Assembly: GCA_963777955.1 (NCBI GenBank) | Contig: CAVZSQ010000025.1 | Coordinates: forward strand, 1-25,015 | Direction: 5' to 3' | DNA length: 25,015 nucleotides | DNA from: Calditrichia bacterium | GTDB lineage: Bacteria; Calditrichota; Calditrichia; JAJRVZ01 | In this document: positions 1-11,684 of the stretch, piece by piece | How the letters are laid out: each line of letters begins with the position of its first letter | Position numbering within the stretch: the stretch's first letter is position 1 | Notes under the pieces: generated by a model | Databases searched by the model: none | What the model saw: the letters and a program-made list of their open reading frames with translations, nothing else | Told to the model about the DNA's origin: nothing | Program-made: the position numbers and the translations under genes

Positions 1-866
1 TTATAGATTCTTTGATCATACCCCTGCTCTGCAGTTGCACCAATGCTTTGAATAAGTAATTTGTATGCTTCCACTCTGGTAGAATCGCTGTGAATCGCTT
101 TGCGTAATACCTCGGCAGCTTTTTCATAATTTCCCGCATCCAGGTGTGCTTTACCTAATACTATCAGCAATTCTGCATTATCCGGTTCCTTACTTAAAGC
201 CTGGTTGAATTCAGCATCGGTTTTATCCGTATATTTTTCCAGATTTAACGAGGCTGTCGATTCCGGTTTATTTAATGCTGCTATATTTTCCTGCGCCTTC
301 TTCGGCCAGGGCTGTTCCTGGAACCATTTCAATCACTTTCTCCCAGGCCGCAATGGATTTTTCTTTCTCCTGTTTTTTCTGGTACGCTTCACCTAAAAAA
401 TCATAGGTGGCTGATAATCATTTCCCGGGGAATTTTACACGGCGGCCTGCTGATCGATTTTTATCACTGCTTCCAGATCTGCAATGCCCGCATCAAGTTT
501 GTTCATAAATGCCGGCATTTTTATACTCAACTGTCCGCGCTGGAAGCGGGCCACGGGATTACCGGCATCCAGCACTACAGCCCGATCCAGTTGCTCAAAA
601 GCACTTCCGACCAGCCGCCCCGCTTCCATATTGTCTTTGGTCATAAAGGCTTGTGTGGCCAGGTACAGGCCCAGGTAGGAATGAACAGTTGAATTTTCGG
701 GAAATTTTTGCACCGCCTCGGTCATAACCTTCACAGCCTGGGCCAGCTCACCGGCCTGATTAAAGCCTTCCGCCCTGGCCACAAACTCATCGGCAGTTTG
801 AGCGAATCCAATAAGCGGGAAACAAAAGAAAATGAAAGCAATGGTCAATTTTTTTACCAAGTTCAT
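1..866 (-). CDS. Secreted tetratricopeptide-repeat (TPR) protein; frameshifted near 440-395 and beyond, runs off the window start
   Basis: ATG at 866 with AGGAGG RBS (872-877). Signal peptide MNLVKKLTIAFIFFCFPLIGFAQ. TPR-like helices (AVKVMTEAVQKFPENSTVHSYLG), continuing in shifted frames (FLGEAYQK..., EPDNAELLIVLGKAHLDAGNYEKAAEVL). Confidence 0.75.
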
Positions 867-1266
867 ATAAACCTCCTGGTCAAATCCTGTATAAAGCCTG
901 AGATCATAAATTATTTTGTACATATTGCTGATCTTTATCAGGTATCCAAATAAATATTTATAAACATACGAACTGCCCGAATTTTCAATCAGATTAGCAG
1001 GTAATATACTTGAAAAACTCCGTCTGTCTAGAAATGGATGAGTATAAGCGATATTATAATTACTCGCAATTTCAAATTTCAATGTAATTTTTCTTTATAA
1101 ATATAAGTACTTCATTTCATCGAATTAACGCTGAAAATTGGATCCCACGCAACCTGTAAGTAATGTTATTTAGCAGAAGGCAGAAAGATATATTAAGTTA
1201 AAATTTTAGGTGATCTAATTGGGTTCATTGAAATCAAGATCCACTGAAAGTATTTAATAAATAATC

Positions 1267-2545
1267 TTAATCTTTTATAAATTCATTAAAAAGCATTGGT
1301 GTTAATTCCCAGCTTTGCCATTTATTGTTTTCAAAAACTGTTAGAAATTCCATATAAAAAGGATTGTAGAATGCCCTCCAGTTATTCTTGTCCCGGCATT
1401 GTATCGTCACATAGTCGCTGTCAATTTCTATCTTATGAATAATAGCTTCTTCTTCTATTTTTACGGTACGAGAGGTATCCGTATTAATTTCTTTCCCCCA
1501 CCAATGACCGGGACCATAGCTTTTAATCCATAACGAATTTGAGGTTGCAAAAATTGAAGTGATAACCTTACCCGGAATTTTATCGCTTTCGGATGGATAA
1601 TTAGTCCATTTCTTTTTGTCAATATTATAGTTGTATAATCCGTCTATGAAGTGGCAACCCAGATTCCATTATTATTTTCTGCTATGTCATTTATTTTGTC
1701 GAAACTTTATTCCGGTTGTTGATTCTGAAAACAGGGTCCATTTCTTGTGATAATAGCAACCGATTCCGTTAAAATATGAAAACCACAATCTTCCCGATTT
1801 ATCAACCAGTACATTTTCAAAATTACTATTATCCAGGGGAATTTCCCCCTTCAAGATCACAGGTGAATTATTAGCGTCATAAGATTTACGCGCCCCTGAA
1901 AATATTCCATTTTCCAAATTTGGTGTCGTAACATGCTATATTTCCTCTTTCGGGATTTCTATCACCATGTTCATAATAAGCGTAATAGTAATTAGATGAA
2001 CACATCCAAATTTTATTCCCTGACATAAAAATGTCAGATAGATTGGGTGACTCTAAGGGGGAGTTTGTATTATCAAATGAGAACCATTTGTTATTAATAT
2101 AATTATAAATAGAGAATCCGAATTCTGTGGCACAGTAAATACTTGAGTCGTCGGCAACTATATTATTGACAAAATTACACATAAGACCATTCTTTTGTTG
2201 ATGTATATTACCTTCACCCGTATTTAAAATATTAAAATTAATAGTATTGCCGTTATGGTATTTATAAATCCCCTTACCATATGTACCAAGCCATAAATTA
2301 GAATCTTGCGGCACATCGCAGAGAATCGGCGCATTGAATTTGTGAATACTCCAGGAATGTGAATTGGAATTATAAAAACATAATAAATATCCTCTGTGGC
2401 ACATATGTGGTGCACTAAAATGGGAGGTAAGAACTATATACTCACCAAACTTGTTAATTGAATTACTTTCTGAGAATCTTATGATTCCATTAGCATAAAG
2501 GTTATTGATATTTAGTAATAATAACAAAAATATCAGTTTTTTCAT
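1267..2545 (-). CDS. Secreted beta-propeller protein (two-component-regulator propeller-like repeats); frameshifts near 1900, 1700 and 1645
   Basis: ORFs 1886..2545 and 1687..1917 plus a manually read continuation to TAA at 1267-1269. Signal peptide MKKLIFLLLLLNINNLYA. Repeats NLWLGTYGKGIYKY, SIYCATEFGFSIYN, DKSGRLWFS, GIWVATS. Confidence 0.65.
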
Positions 2546-2861
2546 TTTCTATCCTTTCATACTAATTATAACAAGAGAATTCAGAGGAGATAAGATTCAT
2601 ACTGAAGTTACAAAAAAAAGCCGATTGATCTCTATTTTTTTTCCGCTCCATATAATTGAATCTAGAAGTGTTATAAACTGTCTGGTTTATATTACAATAA
2701 ATGAATTAATACCAGCCGACAATGAATTTGCAAAGGAAAAATTGGAGTGAAACCAGTGCCGTAAGGAAATTACTGGTTTAGACAAAAGAATATACCTACT
2801 ACTATTTAAAACATGTATAATTTTTTATGCTTCGAACGTTATGTAGTAGGAGTAAGAACTG

Positions 2862-2947
2862 ATTACCATTTACATCGATAGATCTTTCGGGCAACGCCCC
2901 CCTGGGAGCGCCTGGAAGCCGGTTATTTTATCTGGCTTCCTTATTTG
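2862..2947 (+). repeat. Two-hairpin dispersed element, copy R1
   Basis: ATTACCATTTACATCGATAGATCT...CGCCCCCCTGGGAGCGCCTGGAAGCCGG-ttattttat-CTGGCTTCCTTATTT; aligns by eye with copies at 7107, 11113, 16046 and 22600. Confidence 0.9.
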
Positions 2948-2954
2948 GATAAAA

Positions 2955-3141
2955 ATTAAAAGGTAAAGAGGATAAAAGGTAAAAAGGATAATAGGTAAAA
3001 GGATAATAGGGTAAAAGGTTAATAGAACAAGGGGATAACAAGTTTTATTATCATTTTATTTTTTATCTTTTATCCTCTTAACATTTTTGCCTTTTATCCT
3101 TTTTACCTTTTATCCTTTTATCCTATTGACCTCTTTACCCT
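2955..3141. repeat. Inverted pair of degenerate 7-8-mer tandem arrays (AAAAGGAT/AAAAGGT units, then TTTTATCC/TTTTACC units)
   Basis: Purine-rich array at about 2955-3026 and complementary pyrimidine-rich array at about 3060-3141. Confidence 0.8.
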
Positions 3142-3150
3142 TCTCATATA

Positions 3151-3175
3151 GATCCCGGATCAAGTCCGGGATGAC
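3151..3175. repeat. REP-like palindrome GATCCCGGATCAAGTCCGGGATGAC
   Basis: ATCCCGGA/TCCGGGAT stem; resembles the widespread GTCATCCCGGACTTGATCCGGGATC extragenic palindrome type. Confidence 0.7.
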
Positions 3176-3212
3176 ATTTTGTTTTTCATTCCTAATGTGC
3201 TCAGCTACTTTT

Positions 3213-3262
3213 TTTGTCCCTTTGTCCCTTTGTACCTTCGTCCCTCTGTCCCTTCTTTACCC
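3213..3262. repeat. Tandem degenerate 8-mer array (TTTGTCCC)n
   Basis: tttgtccc tttgtccc tttgtacc ttcgtccc tctgtccc, directly after the stop of the phosphatase gene. Confidence 0.8.
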
Positions 3263-3272
3263 TTCTTATCTA

Positions 3273-5162
3273 TCACCTGAGTAAAATCATCTTCCGCACC
3301 TGCTCAAACTCACCCGCCTGTATCCGGCAGTAATAAATCCCACTGGGTAGACTATTTGCCTGCCATTCGTATTCATGCGATCCAGAATTTAATTTTGCTG
3401 AGATTAGCGTCACCAATCTCTGACCCAGCAGGTTATAAGATTTCCAAAGAGACAAATTCAGATTTGGGAATTGAGAATTGGATTTTGGTAATTGAATTAA
3501 AGGGATTTGGATAATTCTCCAGTATCACGGGCGAGACCGGCAGATCCGCTAATTCCCGGACCGCCTCCGGCGATTGCTCCGGAATAAGATTTCTTCCATC
3601 CAGGTTCCATTCCGGCTTGATTTCAATACCAAAATGTACGAGGGCGGTGACGGTCAGGTCAACGGTCTTGGCGGTTTGGCAGGAATCGAAAGCCAGGGTT
3701 TCGACGGTTGTATCCGGAAAGATCCACTCCGGATTCGTCCCCGTGAATGCCCCGTCGTTTGCGGGCTGACTCGAATCTTTGATCAATGTTCCCTGCCCGT
3801 CGTCCATTTTCCAATAGCCGAGCAGGTCGGAATAATTGGGATGTTCCGGCGTGACCGGTGTGAATATCCAGTCTTTGAACCTGGATGTCCGGAAGTGCCG
3901 TTTTCCAGACGCGGACTTCGTTAATACTGCCCGGGACAAACGTGGTTCTGCTGCTGGTGCCGTCCTGGCCGAGAACGAATCCGTACGGCGTGTCCACACT
4001 CCCTATCCCCGATATGTCCACGGCCCCGGTTTTGATTCCGTCCTGAAACAGCGTGAGAGTGCTTCCGCGCCGGAATACGGCGGTGAGGTGATGCCAGTGG
4101 TCATCGGCGATAATGGGCCCCGATATGTTTTTTTCGTTAGTTCCATCCGCTACATTGACCTGCCATTTGCCCTCGTCAATTAATACCAGGGCAAACCCGG
4201 GATTCTTTTTGTCGCTCATGTCCTTATTGGCAAACAAAACCGGGGTGCCGGACCAGCCGGCCGTCCGGATGCACAATTCGACGGTGAAGTCCTGAGCGGA
4301 ACCGAAATGGTAATCAGCACGATCCGGAATGGTGACATGCTCTCCGGCTCCGTTCAGGCGCAAACCATAAGGCGGAACCTGATATGACTTACTTATCCAA
4401 TCGTGCGGTATCTCTCCGCGCGGCACGGCTATCCCCGGATATGATGAAAAACGTGCGCATTTCTTCGATCATCGTGCCGCCATGATGGGTGGTGTACCCG
4501 CCATGATCGGTCAGGGCGATCACCAGCCAATGTTCGTTTGAAAAATTCGGCCGCGCTTTCATGGCCGAAATCACCTGGCCGACCTGGCCGTCCGCGACAT
4601 GAATGGCGTTGAGATAGCCGGGATTTTCCGGATCGAAACCCGCCGCATGCCCCGCAGCGTCAGCGGCGCCGAAATGAACAAACAGCGCGTCGGTTTGTTC
4701 TTCACTCAATAAGTCAATGGCCCGTTCCAGGGTATTGGCATCGGACCAGTCTCCGGCCGCAACATCCGCGCCGTGGGGCATGTCGGTACCCAGATTCGGC
4801 CAGTAAACAAACCATCCGGAATAAAAATCTGGATATGCGTCCTTAAACCGCGCGAATAACAGGGGGTATTGGTCGAACCTGGAGTTGGCGAAGGTGTTGT
4901 CCGTGACACCGTGCTTGTCGTTCCAAACGCCGGTGAAGATCGAAGACCAGCACGGCCCGCTTTTGGTGGGCGGCCGGCTCAAAGCCCACCAGGTATACAA
5001 GCCGCTGTCAGCCAGAGCGAGAAGGTTTGCGGCTTCGGCTTGCAACAGGGCGTCCGGACGGCAGCCGTCAGCGCTGAGAATCAGGAGTTTCTGGTTAATT
5101 CCCGATTCCAGCGGCACTGCATATATAGCCAGGAGAATCCAAATCCATCGAATCCGCTTCAT
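3273..5162 (-). CDS. Alkaline phosphatase superfamily (nucleotide pyrophosphatase/phosphodiesterase-like) protein with an inserted LamG domain and a C-terminal secretion (T9SS type A-like) sorting domain; frameshifts near 4420, 3880 and 3439
   Basis: Pieces 4389..5198, 3659..4426, 3433..3999 and 3273..3455. Motifs LILSADGCRPD, TKSGPCWSSIFTG, DAAGH, TDHGG; LamG WHHLTAVF...GSINEVRVW; CTD YPNPFN...SGIYYCRI...RKMILLR. Signal peptide from ATG 5162. Confidence 0.8.
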
Positions 5163-5192
5163 AAAATCATCCATATACAAATAATCCAGCAA

Positions 5193-6822
<1,630 letters not shown>

Positions 6823-6854
6823 CGGCGATTCGCGACTTAAGCCGCTGGTTGGGC
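6823..6854 (-). mobile_element. Left portion of a putative integron attC site (R''/L'' side)
   Basis: GCCCAAC (RYYYAAC) begins 10 bp after the TGA of the methyltransferase remnant and is followed by CAGCGGCTTAAG, typical of an attC R''-spacer-L'' layout. Confidence 0.6.
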
Positions 6855-6864
6855 GGCACATCGT

Positions 6865-7110
6865 TCAACCCCTTGGTTTTCTTGGGAACAACATCGGCGT
6901 TCTGGATTTGTACTCCAAATACGATGCCCCGAAGCGAATCTCCAATTCCCGTTCGTCATACACTTTCACGAAGAAAAGCAATGCCGGTGCAAACAGGATG
7001 AGTACCCAAAGCACAAACAGCATTGACTGAAACCAGATCCCCAACGTCAGGAAGAAAGCCAGCTGCAAGCACCATAGGATTACGCGTCCAAGCATACAAC
7101 CAATCTGCCG
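6865..7110 (-). pseudogene. C-terminal remnant of an isoprenylcysteine carboxylmethyltransferase / phospholipid methyltransferase family membrane protein
   Basis: AADWLYAWTRNPMVL in a shifted frame, then a TM segment and ERELEIRFGASYLEYKSRTPMLFPR. The 5' part is replaced by repeat copy R2. Confidence 0.8.
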
Positions 7111-7162
7111 CCGTCCCCTTGGGAGCGCCTGAAGCCGGCGATTCATTCGCCGGCTTTCTTTA
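7107..7162 (+). repeat. Two-hairpin dispersed element, copy R2 (5'-truncated)
   Basis: GCCGCCGTCCCCTTGGGAGCGCCTGAAGCCGGCGA-ttcat-TCGCCGGCTTTCTTTA. Confidence 0.9.
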
Positions 7163-7163
7163 C

Positions 7164-7264
7164 AAAGGGCAAGAGGCTAAGCCTCTTAGCCTTTTAACCT
7201 TTTGACCTCTTATCCTTTTAACCTTTTAACCTCTTAGCCTTTTATCCTTTTTCCCTTTGCCCTT
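7164..7264. repeat. Degenerate 8-mer tandem array (TTTTAACC/TCTTAGCC/TTTTATCC) bracketed by AAGGGCAA...TTGCCCTT inverted ends
   Basis: About ten 8-nt units, the same unit family as 3060-3141. Confidence 0.8.
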
Positions 7265-7285
7265 CTCTCGCTGCTTGAAAAAGTA

Positions 7286-10200
7286 CTACTTTATCAGAAT
7301 AAGTTTCTTCGTTTCCGAATACTTTCCAACCTGCAGACGATACAGATACACCCCGCTGGCAAAACCCGCAGCGTTCCAGTAGGCTGTATGCGATCCTGCA
7401 TCCAGTTTTTCATTCACCGGTGTGGCCACTTTCTGCCCGAGCAGGTTATAAATTTCCAGAGTAACCAATTCAGATTTGGGAATTGAAAATTGGATATTGG
7501 TTATTGGATTGAAGGGATTGGGATAATTCTGCTGCAAAGAATAATTCCAGCTGATATTTTCTTCCGCAGGAAGAGCTGTCGAAGTCGATTTCTGCAAAAT
7601 CGCCCATGATTTGTTATTATTCTCATGTATCTCCGGAAGCGCATCGTCCCTATCGATTACCGCATAAATCCGCGGATAAGTCGGCAGTCCCGCCGGAATC
7701 TGCCATAGCATTTCCACCAACTGGTTGCCCCTGGCCGGAATTGCCTCTTCGGTCAGAACCTGTTCTTCTCCCCCAGTCCCGACAATCAGAGTGCCGCCAT
7801 TATCCGGATCGCCGATATAAAACTTCACACTCATGGGACCGGGTGTCGGGATCAGGCTGAAATTATGAACACGGGCGCTGGATGCGGATAATATCACCAT
7901 CCCTGGGATCCGCGGGCAGGAAAACCAGATCTTTGGTCTGCTGACGCTTGGCTTCATCCTCTAAGGTAAATCCCTTTTCCGGATCATATCGCCAGGGAAG
8001 AATAAAGGCCGGATCAGCCAGATGACTGTAATTGACCTGCCACCAGGTCTCTGTTCCCCCCTGCGGGGCAATTTCAGGCCTGACTGCATAATCCACGACC
8101 AGGGCGCCATTGGTAGCCCAGTAAGTATAAGGTGTGACAATATAACTTACTTCACCGATGCCCATATCGATGCCGTCAAGATGCACACCCAGATTCAGAC
8201 CACTGGCCACATCTGTTTTATGCGTGGAGATTTCATTCTGACTGTAACTGCTGCTCAAACTGTATCCCGATCCCCAGACATCCACGTCAACACCCCACTC
8301 GCGGCTGTAACTCTTGGAGGTGCTGGCCTGGTTGGTTTCAAAATCATCAAACTGCAGCGACCAGTCATAACTGGAATTGGCATCCAGGACAAAACTGTTG
8401 TCATAGTTACCCTTGATTTTTTCGTCGACATCCGGATTATCGGTGAGCAGCGGATATTCACGGTAAGAAAGAATATTGCCGACCTCATGCGACGGGATAT
8501 AGGCATACCCGCTCCAGCTTTTGCTGGGGAACCAGCGGTTCTCGGTCACCAGCGGACGAACTACCAGCACATGACCGCGTAATTCAGCATTGCCGTAGAC
8601 CGGATATTCCCATAAATCATAATCCATCACCGTGGCATAAATCCGGTCGTCCTCCCTGGCATCCACGGCAATCGAAACGGTTACCGTGGTCGAATGTCCG
8701 CCGTATTTTGAGAACTGTTTGCCGTATGTTTCAGTCAGGTGTGCACTGACCGATACACCCCAGTAACTTGCCCCCGCCTTCAATGTACTTGGACGTCCCC
8801 CAGTCCTGCGTAAATTCAGAAGTAACCTCCGTGGACTGGCTGCTTTCCTTGGCATAATGGGAGACGAACTGGCCCTCATTTTCGTTATAACTGAGACTGA
8901 CATCGTAGGATTCACCGCCCAGGACGTCAAAATGGATCGGCGGTGCATTGAGTATGACCAGCGGTTGCAGGATGCTGGTGAGTGAATAGCGGGCCGGCTT
9001 GCCCAGCCGGATGTCACCGTCTAATTCCGCAGCCAGCAAAGGTTCGGTCTTGTCCCAGTCCCCGCTTGATATATAGGACATCTGATCCTTGAATTCAAGA
9101 CCGGTAAAAGTGCCCGCTTCATCATACTGAATCTCATATAAACTGGAATTATAATGCGGATATTGATTCACAATCACCAGTTCCATCCAGGGAGCCGTTC
9201 CCGCGCTGTCGAGGATGACATTACCGACCGTCAGAGCACCAAGTCTTTCTTCGGCTATTCCTGACAGATCCGCCCAGATTGCCAGATCAAGAGAGCCCGT
9301 TTCCTGATATATTTTGAATGTTTTGAGGCTTGTTCTGGAATACGTAGAGATAATTTCATCAAGATCATCCCCGTTCACATCAGCAGCTTGCAGCACACTG
9401 GTAACATAATACCAGCAATGTACGCCCACAGTATCCTGTAGTTGAAAGACCGGGTCGCCAACCGTGATGTTCTGCAAACTTTGATCTGCTTCAAAGGGCA
9501 CCAGAATATGGGAGATGGTATCAGTCAAGGCATCTCCCCAGACGGCGCTGGGAAAATTACGGTGAAAACTGATTACACCATTTTCCTTTTCAGCAGATAT
9601 GAAATGGCCTGCCGCAACATTTATATTGGTGATATCAAATAATGCATTCGTATTGGTATACAAAGGCATGTGTGATTTCAATACAAGGTCTGTGGCCAGC
9701 GTATCGTACTCATAAATGTTGGCGAACATTTCCCAGCCTCCTCCGTCCAGGCCGTTGCGCCCGGCCAGCAGGACTTCGTCGATCGCATCACCGTTGAAAT
9801 CCGCACATTCGATATCAAAGAGATACAGCTGGTCTTCACAAAGGTTGATATCGGGTGGTATGGTGATCTCCTGGTCAATGATATCGCCCAGCAGGCTCAC
9901 CTCCAGGGAATCATTGACATCGAAAAGGAGAATACGGACCAGTCCTTCATCATTTTGATTGGCCCAGTAAGCCAGGATAAATTCTTTCGATCTCGTCCGA
10001 ATCAAAATTGCCGGATTGTATCAAAACCGGGGAACTGACTGGCCAACCTCCCGCAGAAAATACCGCCGGACCTGAGACAGTCCCCTCAATAGTTTTTTCC
10101 CATCTGGCCACAGCTGTCGATACTCAGTGTATATTGATCCGGTTTAAGCAGAGAATAGTGAACCTGTTTATTGGTATTATCGATCCAGCCTTCGGCAATT

Positions 10201-10487
10201 TCCTCAACTCCGTCATTATCAAAATCGTCACAGATAAAATCACTGAACAGTACATAATCCGGAGGGGAATAAGACAAAACCTCTACGAGCGTATCACGGG
10301 CATAAACAGCCTGGCCCTGGAAATACTTGTAAATGCTTATTGTTCCGTCACTGAGCGCGATCATTTCGTTGCCGCCCCCCACCTGAATGATGTAAGATTC
10401 AGCCAGAGGATCGTCGGTGAGGTCCTGGGCATACGTCAGTTGGTAGAAAAGCAGAATTAGCGCTAAGAAAAATAAAAAATTTTTCAT
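7286..10487 (-). CDS. Large secreted protein (about 1060 aa if joined) with FG-GAP/VCBS-like repeats, a Ser/Thr-rich beta region, a CARDB-like domain and a C-terminal secretion sorting domain; frameshifts near 10100-10000, 8780 and 7880
   Basis: ORFs 10086..10487, 8731..10005, 7863..9017 and 7286..7957. ATG with AGGGGAG RBS and a signal peptide. DFDNDGVEEI, DFNGDAIDEV, DVNGDDLDEI; IYAVIDRDDALPEIHENNN; QNYPNPFN...KKLILIK. Confidence 0.75.
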
Positions 10488-10737
10488 TTTTTCTCCCCTT
10501 TTATGCTGGTCTGATTGTTCTGAAAGGTCAACATCTGGATAACATCTTAGTATTTATAGACTTCGCAGAATATATCCATCCAGTGTAATGGCGAATTCTA
10601 TTTTCAGTACTCTTGACACATTTATATAACTGATATAACTTTTCACTCTTGAAACGAAGGAATTATTACCAGCTTTAGTCAAAATATTAGAGAGATTAAC
10701 GCTAATGTTGTCTGGAAGATGCTGGCATACTATATAC

Positions 10738-10765
10738 AATATAAACAGATATTCAATTTATGCAA
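10738..10765 (-). promoter_or_regulatory. Possible sigma70-type promoter for the large secreted protein gene
   Basis: TTGCAT-N16-TATATT on the minus strand, about 250 bp upstream of ATG 10487. The context is AT-rich, so a chance match is possible. Confidence 0.3.
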
Positions 10766-10921
10766 GGAAATATCAGCCATATTTTTCATCTTTATTATAA
10801 TCTTAACATCTATATTTTTAATCTACGCGCTAAGCGTCTGCGGTTAATTATATTCAGTCAAAAATATATTTCCTGACTTTATTGATATACTGCAAAATAT
10901 TGGATGACATTCATAAATTAA

Positions 10922-11113
10922 TTTTCTAATCAGGTAACGATCACCATTTATACAATTTCCGGTCAGCTAATTGAATCAGAAACCATGAATTTAAATTCTG
11001 GTTCATATATTTATGAATTTGATGGATCCAGATATTCCACCGGTATCTATATTTATAGAATTTCAACTGTATACGGTTTTAGTGCTGAACGAAAAATGTT
11101 ATTATTGAAGTAA
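10922..11113 (+). pseudogene. Orphan 3' fragment of a C-terminal secretion sorting domain
   Basis: Manual translation FSNQVTITIYTISGQLIESETMNLNSGSYIYEFDGSRYSTGIYIYRISTVYGFSAERKMLLLK*. Preceded by an in-frame TAA, with no YPNP and no upstream gene body. Confidence 0.75.
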
Positions 11114-11200
11114 TTACCATTTACAATGATAGAGCTAGCGCCGACGCCTCCTTGGGAGTGCCTGGAAGCTGGCGAATATTCTGCCGGCTTCTTTATTTTG
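11113..11200 (+). repeat. Two-hairpin dispersed element, copy R3 (complete)
   Basis: ATTACCATTTACAATGATAGAGCTAGCGCCGACGCCTCCTTGGGAGTGCCTGGAAGCTGGC-gaatattct-GCCGGCTTCTTTATTTTG. Confidence 0.9.
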
Positions 11201-11273
11201 ATCCCAGACGCCTAGCGGCGCGCAGACTAAAAACATACCAGAATTAATCTATGTTAGATTAGTAGAAAAACAA

Positions 11274-11517
11274 ACTGTCCCGGCAGGGACAATATATTTC
11301 TAGAAAAAGGATATCATGGTAATTAATGTATAGTGCCGCCAGGCACGAAATATTACGTCCCTGCGGGACTACAACGAATAAGGCTAATCTATTGATCTAG
11401 AAATATATCATCCCTGAAGGGATGTTATTCGAGAATCATTATAATTTAAATAAATTAAAACAGAGAAAATCTGTTAATTTTATCTGCGTCGAAGATCTGC
11501 GTTCATCCGCGGTCAAT
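11274..11517 (+). repeat. 244-bp direct repeat, copy A (nested REP-doublet-like palindromes)
   Basis: Near-identical to 14112-14355. Contains GTCCCGGCAGGGAC, GTGCCGCCAGGCAC, GTCCCTGCGGGAC and ATCCCTGAAGGGAT arranged as nested inverted repeats. Confidence 0.95.
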
Positions 11518-11684
11518 TAATCATAATCCGCAACAATAAATCAAATTCCCCAATAATATTGCAATATCATCAAAAGTTAATTAATATATTATGCTTTAAT
11601 ACCCAAACTCTTTTATGTATCTACTTTAAATAAACACGGTTCCGGAACTGATTTTTGTCGATTTAAAAACTGAAGGAAGGCTAA

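Noticed and set aside
867..1210. N-terminal extension of ORF 435..1082 and a possible degraded lipoprotein (ITLLTGC) upstream
   Set aside because: The RBS and signal peptide place the TPR start at 866; the upstream remnant is too broken to call.
2750..2779. AAACCAGT...ACTGGTTT hairpin
   Set aside because: A single short stem with a long loop in AT-rich DNA; no function can be supported.
3087..3284. 65-aa hydrophobic ORF
   Set aside because: Translation of pyrimidine-rich tandem repeats and a REP palindrome.
10554..10739. 61-aa minus-strand ORF
   Set aside because: No RBS or motif; probably the 5' non-coding region of the large secreted protein gene.
11126..11213. Short plus-strand ORF (MIELAPTPPW...) across R3 as a leader or toxin peptide
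   Set aside because: The start codon and reading frame are not conserved in the other copies.
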